From NCBI GenBank assembly GCA_047611865.1, contig JBLFWS010000087.1, positions 1 to 13,810 of the forward strand: a DNA stretch of 13,810 nt, given 5' to 3'. Positions within the stretch are counted from its first letter, which is position 1, and each line of letters opens with the position of its first letter. This DNA is from Chlamydiales bacterium (GTDB lineage Bacteria > Chlamydiota > Chlamydiia > Chlamydiales > JBDQID01). The notes under the pieces are model-generated. The model had not been told where the DNA came from. It did no database searches and was given only the letters and a program-made list of their open reading frames with translations. A program made the translations under genes and the position numbers. Of the stretch, positions 7,185 to 13,810 are shown one piece after another.

Positions 7185-7628
7185 TCAGTCTGCTTTAAGA
7201 CAGCTTTTCAGATCAGGTATTTCCTGAATTCTCATCCAGTCATCCATCCCCTCAGACCAAACATAAGTGGCATCCTTAATACTCCCTTTTATCCAGAACA
7301 TCCTCAGATCGTCGAAGCTCAACGCGTTACTTTGCTTGTGTCCATTATCAAGATAATACCAATCTCTTTTAAGAAACTCTTCCTTAAGTCGCAGTATCTT
7401 TTGATGCTGATCCATCACTAAGAGTTGAACTGGTTCAAGGACCTCAATTTCATCTTCGCTCAATTCTTTATCCTCTCCTGCCTCGGGTAGAAGAAATAGA
7501 AAAAGCAGTCCAATCATCCCGAATAAAATACCTAAACAAAACCAGATATAAGGGTTTCTCCCTCTGTATGAGGCCAAGTAACCCGTTATAACACCAATCG
7601 CTACAGCTAAAAAAATTGTCGTATACAT
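7185..7628 (-). CDS. Membrane protein with a C-terminal GYF_2 (DUF4339) domain
   Basis: Two N-terminal TM segments with RGRNPYIWF; C-terminal WYYLD...TYVWSEGMDDWMRIQEIPDL. Confidence 0.85.
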   Translation of the reverse strand: MYTTIFLAVAIGVITGYLASYRGRNPYIWFCLGILFGMIGLLFLFLLPEAGEDKELSEDEIEVLEPVQLLVMDQHQKILRLKEEFLKRDWYYLDNGHKQSNALSFDDLRMFWIKGSIKDATYVWSEGMDDWMRIQEIPDLKSCLKAD

Positions 7629-7872
7629 GAAATCCCACCTACTCTCGCAGACATCCTTTTACTTCGTTATCGTCAAAAGAGAGCTATGGGTAAAGGATTA
7701 ATTTGTATTTTTGCAAAATAATGGGAGTAAACTCGCTTTCTTGATGCAAAATTGGAAGTAATCCTTTATAAAAGTAAGAATAAGTGCATTAAGCGTTAAT
7801 TTTTCTAGAAGCAAAACACTGAGTCTATTAAAATATTAAAACGCACGCAATCATATGACTGAGGAGTTCCCA

Positions 7873-8379
7873 ATGGTTCAACAACTCGAAGTTAAAGAAG
7901 ACAAAGTAAAAATAAAAAAGAGTGAAAACGTTGATACAAAGGAACTTGAGGTTCCCGACACGGTCTTTGTCAGAGACATTGAAAACCGAGTCTTTCAAGC
8001 TATCATTCTACAAGGGCTTTCTAAAATTGAAGGCATATCCCTTCTCGAAGGAACATTCTTCGACAATATTCTCGGAAAAGATAGTGTCAAGGGTATCAAA
8101 GGTATCAACGCTGAGCAAGACAACAAAAACCAATCTGTGAATGTGAAAGTTGAAGTCAGCATTCGCTATGGTATTCCTATTCCTGACAAAGCTGAAGAGA
8201 TTCAGACTCTGATCACAGATGAAATTACCACACTGACAGGCCTCCACGTCGCTAGTGTTCATGTTGTCTTTAAAAGTGTGATTCTTCCTGTAGATGAAGC
8301 TAAAAATAAGCAAAAAGACAGGGACTCAAGCACTCTGTTAGCCGGTAGCCTTGAAGAGGAGTTTGCAAACGAGTTCTAA
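7873..8379 (+). CDS. Asp23/Gls24 family envelope stress protein
   Basis: VKVEVSIRYGIPIPDKAEEIQ...ITTLTGLHVASVHVVF. GAGGAG at 7861-7866 favours the ATG at 7873 over 7855. Confidence 0.88.
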   Translation: MVQQLEVKEDKVKIKKSENVDTKELEVPDTVFVRDIENRVFQAIILQGLSKIEGISLLEGTFFDNILGKDSVKGIKGINAEQDNKNQSVNVKVEVSIRYGIPIPDKAEEIQTLITDEITTLTGLHVASVHVVFKSVILPVDEAKNKQKDRDSSTLLAGSLEEEFANEF

Positions 8380-8939
8380 TGAATAGAAATACGTTTTTCC
8401 TATCAGCAATGAATTTGTTGTTTATTGCATTTTTCTTCATTACGGGAGCTACTCTCCTGCTGGCAGACTTTTATCCCCAAATCCAAGGTTTTGCAGCCGA
8501 CTTTGTGAAGCAGCATGACCTTGGACTTAAAAGTGTCGGTGCCTTGATCGTAGCTTTTTCTACTGCTTTATTTGCGTTTTTCTGTCGCCTCCACCGACGC
8601 AATTACTTCAACTTTCGTATGGGCAACAACCTCATTAGCGTCAGTGAAGAGGCTATTAGTGAGACTCTCATACCCTACTGGAAAAAACTTTTCCCTGACG
8701 AAAACATCAATTTTCAGGTGAAAATCCCCAATAATGTTATCGAAATTTGGGTAGACTTCCCCGCCATACCCTCAGGTGAGGAAAAGAACCTACTACAAAG
8801 AGTAGAAGAGGATCTTGAAAGACTCCTTGGAAATCTCTTAGACTACCGCAAGGAGTTTAACCTCATCGTTCGCTTCGCCGAAGCTAAAATAGAAGCTACT
8901 ACAAAATCTCCCCCTCCCATTCCCCAAGACGCCAAGTAA
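8379..8939 (+). CDS. Membrane protein, possibly an AmaP-like anchor of Asp23
   Basis: TAATG overlap with asp23; two N-terminal TM segments followed by an alpha/beta domain starting ISVSEEAI. Confidence 0.65.
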   Translation: MNRNTFFLSAMNLLFIAFFFITGATLLLADFYPQIQGFAADFVKQHDLGLKSVGALIVAFSTALFAFFCRLHRRNYFNFRMGNNLISVSEEAISETLIPYWKKLFPDENINFQVKIPNNVIEIWVDFPAIPSGEEKNLLQRVEEDLERLLGNLLDYRKEFNLIVRFAEAKIEATTKSPPPIPQDAK

Positions 8940-8980
8940 TTTCAAAACCTAAGATACTTACTTGGAAGTCCAGAAGGATT

Positions 8981-9057
8981 TTGGGGTGAAGAGGCTGAAA
9001 GCAAAATCTGCTCAAAATCGATTCTCGCTTGATTTGCTGTCAGTCTTGAAACCCCAA
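8981..9057. repeat. Degenerate palindromic element centred on AATCGATT
   Basis: TTGGGGT..AGGCTGAAAGCAAAATC pairs with GATTTGCTGTCAGTCT..ACCCCAA; centre at 9016-9023. Confidence 0.6.
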
Positions 9058-9118
9058 GCATTAAGCCTTTGCCTTTTCAGTTCTGTGTTAAAGTTTCCTG
9101 TCCCACTTTCCGATAAGT

Positions 9119-9124
9119 TATAAT
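9119..9124 (+). promoter_or_regulatory. Consensus -10 box upstream of the Ntn-hydrolase gene
   Basis: TATAAT 20 nt before the ATG, followed by GAGGT; -35 match is poor. Confidence 0.35.
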
Positions 9125-9144
9125 GGACTAATAGATGAGGTACG

Positions 9145-9939
9145 ATGACACAGATAATATCCATACGTACTCCCGATGGGATTGTTATTGCTGGGGATAG
9201 CCTGGCAACTTTAAACTCCCCGGTTACCCTGGAAGCTTGTATAGATTTCCAGTGCTCTTGTGGCAAGATGAGTAACATTACCAAGCCTATCAGCTCAGGT
9301 GTTGCGCTTCCTCGTTCTACATTTTCTTTTGCTCATAAAGTTTTCCCATTCCTTGATAAATTCGGTATCGGTGCGGCGGGCTCCGGACAGCTTTGTGATA
9401 AAACAACCTATTTTGCTGTTCGTGAGTTGGAAGAGTATCTTAAAGGGCAAAAGAAAAAGAAAAGCTGGAGCCTAAAAGAAGCTGCTGAGGAAATTAAGAA
9501 GTATTTTCACTTACTTGTCCAAAAACAGTTCCCCGACTTATCCAAATCTGACGACAATTGGAATGGTATTTCCTTCCAAATTGTCGGGTATGAAGATTCC
9601 ATAGCCAAAAGCTTGACCTTATACATTGGCAAGAAGGTGCGCATAGACAATTTCAATGGGATGGGAGCTACTTTTATTGGCGATCAAAAAATCTCTCAAA
9701 CCTTTATGGAGCTTTACGGCAAACACAAAGATGATAAACCAAGAATCGAGCTTTTTTCTTTACAGGACGCTGTAGATTATGCAGAATTTATGATCAATAC
9801 CACAGCATCTTATCAAAGATTTTCGAGCGCCATGCCTTCAGTGGGCGGTGATGTAGATATTGCTCTTGTCACCCCTTTTGACGGTTTCAAATGGATCAAG
9901 CAGAAGCACATGAGTAACATTCTTGGGGGATCATCATGA
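9145..9939 (+). CDS. Proteasome-beta/HslV-like Ntn-hydrolase (putative threonine protease)
   Basis: M-T start exposing Thr1, GIVIAGDS, a later Lys in HKVF, FGIGAAG strand, IVGY, and C-terminal SVGGDVDIALVT. Confidence 0.8.
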   Translation: MTQIISIRTPDGIVIAGDSLATLNSPVTLEACIDFQCSCGKMSNITKPISSGVALPRSTFSFAHKVFPFLDKFGIGAAGSGQLCDKTTYFAVRELEEYLKGQKKKKSWSLKEAAEEIKKYFHLLVQKQFPDLSKSDDNWNGISFQIVGYEDSIAKSLTLYIGKKVRIDNFNGMGATFIGDQKISQTFMELYGKHKDDKPRIELFSLQDAVDYAEFMINTTASYQRFSSAMPSVGGDVDIALVTPFDGFKWIKQKHMSNILGGSS

Positions 9940-10151
9940 AAAAAAAAGTCCAAGTGGAAAAGAAAATCGGTAAAATTGCCAAGAAAGGTATTCGGAAGCA
10001 AAAACCTGTAAAGGAAAGCACCTTGTTGAGAGAAGTTCGTGTATTAAAACAAACGTCGACGATCCATAGCCCTCCTGTACTCCCAGCTTTATTTATATCT
10101 GCACCAAGCTCAGAACCCGTTTCCCCAGAACAATCCAATAAGAAAAAATAG
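9936..10151 (+). CDS. Small Lys-rich, Pro/Ser-rich hypothetical protein, 71 aa
   Basis: ATGA overlap with the upstream gene; GGGGGA Shine-Dalgarno-like sequence just upstream. Confidence 0.55.
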   Translation: MKKKVQVEKKIGKIAKKGIRKQKPVKESTLLREVRVLKQTSTIHSPPVLPALFISAPSSEPVSPEQSNKKK

Positions 10152-10227
10152 TTATTCCTTGGCAATAGTTAAAACCCTTGAGTGCACAGAAGGGAAGTTT
10201 TTCACAATTAATAAGGAAGTATACCTA

Positions 10228-10353
10228 ATGCGATATCTCTCTTACCTTTTTAAGACCGGAACATACAATCTAGTAAAAGCTCTTCTGTCTCTGGGAAACC
10301 CAAAAACTCACGCATCGCCCCTTCCGCTACGAGTTCCAGTTCGTTGGGAATAA
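10228..10353 (+). CDS. Candidate small peptide, 41 aa
   Basis: TAAGGAAG upstream of the ATG; MRYLSYLFKTGTYNLVKALLSLGNPKTHASPLPLRVPVRWE. Confidence 0.35.
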   Translation: MRYLSYLFKTGTYNLVKALLSLGNPKTHASPLPLRVPVRWE

Positions 10354-10369
10354 CAAAATAGGCACTTAT

Positions 10370-11044
10370 CTACCTGCGGAACCCCTCTTGGACTGACACC
10401 TTAAAACTCTCAAGGTCAAATCCTTCTCCAAATTCACTCATGGATTGCTTAAGAACACGGGCTAAAAGTTTTTCCAACTCCGATCCTTCAGAAAAATGCC
10501 CCGGCGACAATGACCAACAACGGCTTCTCTCTTCCAAAACATGCATTAGATCCCTATAAAGACAGACATGGGGAGAAAATACGTCTACACGTTTCATCGT
10601 AAAGCGGGCGAATGCAGAATACAATTTTCTGCCGAATTCTTTGTGTTTCGGTATCTCTGAGTAAATCAAACTTTTCGCCTCATATCCTTGATTCCGCCTC
10701 TCCAAAGCCCCAAAGGATGTATTAGTCAAATTTCGCATGCGAGAATAATACCCTGTAGATTTCAATGACAAATCCGGGTCCATGGAAGAGGCACAGCTTG
10801 GTGAAGCATACTGTATGGCATTTTCCACTCTCCTTGCATCTGGAAAAACACGACCAAAACTATCATGGTATGTGGTCGTCAGCCGTTGCCTCCTATCCAG
10901 TTTTTGCACAGTATTTAATGGGTGAATACTTTGGTGAAACCTGTGGGAGTAGGAATCCCTTTTAGTGTAAGAGCTCCTCTCATGAGGCATATTTAAAGAA
11001 TCACATGGTCTAAGAGTTGCTGATAAGGGACGACTGAAAGACAT
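10370..11044 (-). CDS. Hypothetical protein with a Ser/Arg/His-rich low-complexity N-terminus
   Basis: 224-codon ORF with GAGGT upstream; no recognisable family. Confidence 0.7.
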   Translation of the reverse strand: MSFSRPLSATLRPCDSLNMPHERSSYTKRDSYSHRFHQSIHPLNTVQKLDRRQRLTTTYHDSFGRVFPDARRVENAIQYASPSCASSMDPDLSLKSTGYYSRMRNLTNTSFGALERRNQGYEAKSLIYSEIPKHKEFGRKLYSAFARFTMKRVDVFSPHVCLYRDLMHVLEERSRCWSLSPGHFSEGSELEKLLARVLKQSMSEFGEGFDLESFKVSVQEGFRR

Positions 11045-11140
11045 AAAACCTCAAACAAATAATTATGTTAAAAAAAATGAATCGAAAAGAATTGCCGACA
11101 TTAGAGCAAAGCAAGTGATTTCTCACAAGGTCTTTTGTTA

Positions 11141-12210
11141 TTACACTCTTAATAGTAAGCTTTGGAGATGATCTATAATTTGATCGAGGTGGTCATCAAA
11201 GCATTTTTCCGATAGTATCACCTTAAGATCCGACATATCTATCTGAAAATCTGCCTCTTTGACTAAGTCCTCAGCAGCCTTCCAACTCAGCATTCCATAA
11301 AATATTTCTTCCAGGGAATCGTAGGAAAACTTAGCTCTGATGAATTTCACTGGTGCAATGAGTTGGTATATTCCCGCCTGAAGCCTGGTAATTTCCTCGT
11401 CCCATTTATTTCTGGAATTTCTGTCTAAAGAGCTTATTTCTAGAGAGCATTTGTATTTAAGAAAAAGGTTAATCTTTTTGCTTAAGTTGTAAAACAAAAA
11501 GATCGCTCCCATATAGGGACCGCCCTTCTTAAAGAACTGCAATTTTAGAAAATTGTTCAAATAGTCTATGGCTACCTGAAAACCCTTTTGTACTTCTCCT
11601 ATTTCTCTAAGGTCTTGAATTAGAACTCCGTGATCCTTCAGGCGATCATACATTCCTTGCACTTTCTCATATTGTGATAATATGACCTCATGAGCCTCAG
11701 CAATTTCTCTGCTCTTTTCTATTAGCTCATCTGCGATGAGTTTGAAATCCTTTCGTACAAAATGAGCACAAGTTTTTTTTTAAGCTCATCTCTCTTTTCC
11801 AAAGCTTTCTTTTGCTGAAGGGCTTCTTTAGAATAGAAGTAATCAAGAAATTGTTTTCTTTGCACCTCTGACTCAATTAGGGGTACTACTTCCAAAGGAA
11901 TCTCTGGCTCTTCATTTTTTTGATACAGGGAATCTTCGAGAGTACTAATGGGTTGGGCCCTTTCTTCTATTTCAATGAATATACCCAATGACTCTATCGT
12001 ACCTGCAATTTCCTTTAATAAAGCATTTCCTTCTTCACCAGCTCTAGTTTTCGTTACTTTACCCTCTCTCAAAACTTCAAGGAGGGGGAGGTCACCAGAG
12101 GGAAATAGCTCCCTAATGGACTTTATTTCGCTTCCAGCCTCCTCATCAAAGAAGTACCTATAGCTTTCCGCTAATTCACTTTGCATTTTTTTTAAAGTGA
12201 AGAGATCCAT
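11141..12210 (-). pseudogene. Single hypothetical helical-protein gene (~356 aa) split by a -1 frameshift at an A9 run; pseudogene, slippage-expressed gene or sequencing error
   Basis: The frame of ORF 11141-11662 stays open upstream to 11779, inside the A9 run (T9 at 11773-11781 on +) of ORF 11722-12210. Confidence 0.8.
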
Positions 12211-12295
12211 TGTATCCCCGGATAATTCTTTAGGAGATCACTATCCCATCTTTAATATTTTTTTATATAGTCTTAACGCTTCACTAACACCCTGA

Positions 12296-12304
12296 TGGTA
12301 TAAT
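12296..12304 (+). promoter_or_regulatory. Extended -10 promoter
   Basis: Perfect TGnTATAAT (TGGTATAAT) 34 nt before the small ORF at 12339. Confidence 0.5.
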
Positions 12305-12338
12305 TTTAATCATAATAACATTACAGAAGGAACGGATC

Positions 12339-12485
12339 ATGTGGAATATAATCAAAAAACTATTCGGAATTGAAAAGAAAAGTGCAAAAATCGAATTCAA
12401 ACTCATGAAAAACAGCACATTTACAGCCGGTAACATCTCTGCTAACTTTGAAGGTGAAAAAGATCGCAGCTCACAAAGAAAATAG
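12339..12485 (+). CDS. Small protein, 48 aa, with an N-terminal amphipathic helix
   Basis: AGAAGGA Shine-Dalgarno; MWNIIKKLFGIEKKSAKIEFKLMKNSTFTAGNISANFEGEKDRSSQRK. Below the ORF-track length cutoff. Confidence 0.55.
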   Translation: MWNIIKKLFGIEKKSAKIEFKLMKNSTFTAGNISANFEGEKDRSSQRK

Positions 12486-12497
12486 TACAACGATTCA

Positions 12498-12537
12498 TGG
12501 CAAGAATGACGGGGAAATCTGATCCTTCTTCTTGCCA
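12498..12537. terminator. Inverted repeat downstream of the small ORF
   Basis: TGGCAAGAA...TTCTTGCCA 9-bp outer stem with possible inner GGGGA/TCCTT pairing; no U tract. Confidence 0.35.
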
Positions 12538-12645
12538 AACTTCCCTTATCTACTTAGTGCTTCGCTAATATTTTCACATCTTAACACAAACTTAATCTTC
12601 TGTCGTTAAACCAGAGCGTACCATTCAAGTACCCCCTTAAATGTT

Positions 12646-13710
12646 ATGACAAATATTCTCATAAATACCAAAATTGTCTCTGATAATAAAACCATTTTAG
12701 ACAAAGTCTCAGATAACTTTCTCTGCCCAACTAGATATCTTTTTCACGGAAGAAATCTTACCCTACACAATGGAGCTGTCATTGGCGAAAGGGAATCATT
12801 CCCTCAAAGGACATGGGTAAAAACGGCTGCGGCTATTACAGCCCTTATTCCATCGCTACTTTTAGGTACAGCCTCAAGGCTAATGACTTTGACTTCGTCT
12901 GCTGTCAGAAACGATTACCAAACAGCTGCTGATTACTTAAATGACCGAAATATTGCTAGAGTAGTCCCCCCTCGAAATGACGAGGCAAACGCTATTCCCC
13001 AAAATGAGCCTTACAACCTTGAAAACAGCATCGCAAAAATTACGGATCTTGCTTTTAGTGAAAAAAAACTCTGTCTTTTCATCGGGCGCCAGCCCCATGA
13101 AGAGCTCCCTCATGAAGAAGATGAGGTTTGGGTATCCCTCGATCAAGAAGGTGTTGATCTTCTTCCACCAGGGCGTCTACATTTACAAATCAATGCTAAT
13201 AATCAAGAGCAAATTGAGCGCATCCAGAACCTTTTTGATAAAGTCGTTCTGGACTGGTCCTGTTTAAAATTTTTCCGAGATCCCTGGAGGGGCATGGGTA
13301 AACTTCTTAAACCCTTGCCAACATCTGAGTTAATCACAGAGGATACCACTGGCATGAGGTTCCTCTTACGTCCTGATGAAGTAGGGAGAGATCCTTTTCA
13401 GTGTGTGCATGATGGTAATATCTGTATTCACATGAGTGATTATATAAGAGAAGCTCGAGAGACGGGAAATTCTGCTGAGATTAGCAAGAAGGCCGTTGAT
13501 GCTCGGTATTATGACCAGTCCACTACAAGAATGCAAGAATACCAAAGGACCCTTTTTCATGACGTTGAATTTGTCCAAAATCAACCCTACCCTTATTGGA
13601 ACAGGTGGACGGAAGACAGACCATCAAACTATTTTGTTCTGCGCCATCCAAACCCTGTTACTCTAGCAATGAGTAAAGAAGCTCATGACGCCCTAATCAT
13701 GACTTCTTGA
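12646..13710 (+). CDS. Hypothetical protein with an N-terminal hydrophobic segment and a possible degenerate Rossmann/methyltransferase-like domain
   Basis: 354-codon ORF; hydrophobic AAAITALIPSLLLG; strand pattern LCLFIGR, WVSLD, HLQIN, FDKVVLD, W..MGKLLKP. Confidence 0.75.
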   Translation: MTNILINTKIVSDNKTILDKVSDNFLCPTRYLFHGRNLTLHNGAVIGERESFPQRTWVKTAAAITALIPSLLLGTASRLMTLTSSAVRNDYQTAADYLNDRNIARVVPPRNDEANAIPQNEPYNLENSIAKITDLAFSEKKLCLFIGRQPHEELPHEEDEVWVSLDQEGVDLLPPGRLHLQINANNQEQIERIQNLFDKVVLDWSCLKFFRDPWRGMGKLLKPLPTSELITEDTTGMRFLLRPDEVGRDPFQCVHDGNICIHMSDYIREARETGNSAEISKKAVDARYYDQSTTRMQEYQRTLFHDVEFVQNQPYPYWNRWTEDRPSNYFVLRHPNPVTLAMSKEAHDALIMTS

Positions 13711-13750
13711 TAAATTTCAAATCTGCAAGAACTAATTAGTTTAATATTAC

Positions 13751-13800
13751 GCTCCTTCAGAGCTAAACTTCTCTTTTTCCCGTTACCCAGGGCGTTGCCC
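13751..13800. repeat. REP-like pair of short hairpins (degenerate)
   Basis: GCTC-CTTCA-GAGC at 13751-13763 and TACCCAGGGC-GTT-GCCC at 13784-13800. Confidence 0.35.
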
Positions 13801-13810
13801 CATACGCATC

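Noticed and set aside
7691..7768. 10-bp inverted repeat TAAAGGATTA/TAATCCTTTA and TTTTGCAAAA palindrome
   Set aside because: AT-rich and widely spaced, plausible by chance; no match to CIRCE.
6708..8313. ORFs 6708-6974, 7922-8140 and 8008-8313
   Set aside because: Shadows of rpsN and asp23.
9145..9939. hslV gene symbol
   Set aside because: Much longer than HslV, lacks its TTI and GSG signatures, and has no adjacent hslU.
9012..10165. Minus-strand ORFs 9012-9284, 9813-10001 and 9896-10165
   Set aside because: Antisense to the Ntn-hydrolase module with no recognisable features.
10765..12163. Plus-strand ORFs 10765-10965 and 11948-12163
   Set aside because: Antisense shadows of longer ORFs.
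12284..12538. 84-aa minus-strand ORF
   Set aside because: TTG start; the opposite-strand 48-aa ORF has promoter and Shine-Dalgarno support.
12937..13584. ORFs 12937-13146, 12977-13267 and 13366-13584
   Set aside because: Nested within the 354-aa ORF.

Overview
Bacterial window, very probably from an environmental Chlamydiota genome, judged from the order thioredoxin-like gene / rnpA-rpmH / rpmJ-rpsN / GYF_2 protein / Asp23 and the chlamydia-type L36. Positions 501-8939 are mostly housekeeping: PfkB kinase, pgsA, an AGCS symporter, a Tsr3/DTW-like aminocarboxypropyl transferase, an exported DsbH/DsbJ-like oxidoreductase, a small membrane protein, rnpA, rpmH, rpmJ, rpsN, a GYF_2 protein and an Asp23 plus AmaP-like pair. 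rnpA, rpmH and rpmJ are missing from the ORF track. From about 8940 the region looks accessory: a proteasome-beta/Ntn-hydrolase-like gene coupled to a small basic ORF, orphan effector-like genes, one gene split by a frameshift at an A9 run, and unannotated small ORFs. The main points of interest are a duplicated ~200-bp unit that reads as promoter + two C-loop hairpins + U-tail (candidate sRNA), the Ntn-protease two-gene module, the A9 frameshift, an rnpA with no canonical start codon, and several palindromic MITE/REP-like elements. All calls come from reading the sequence by eye; no searches were run.
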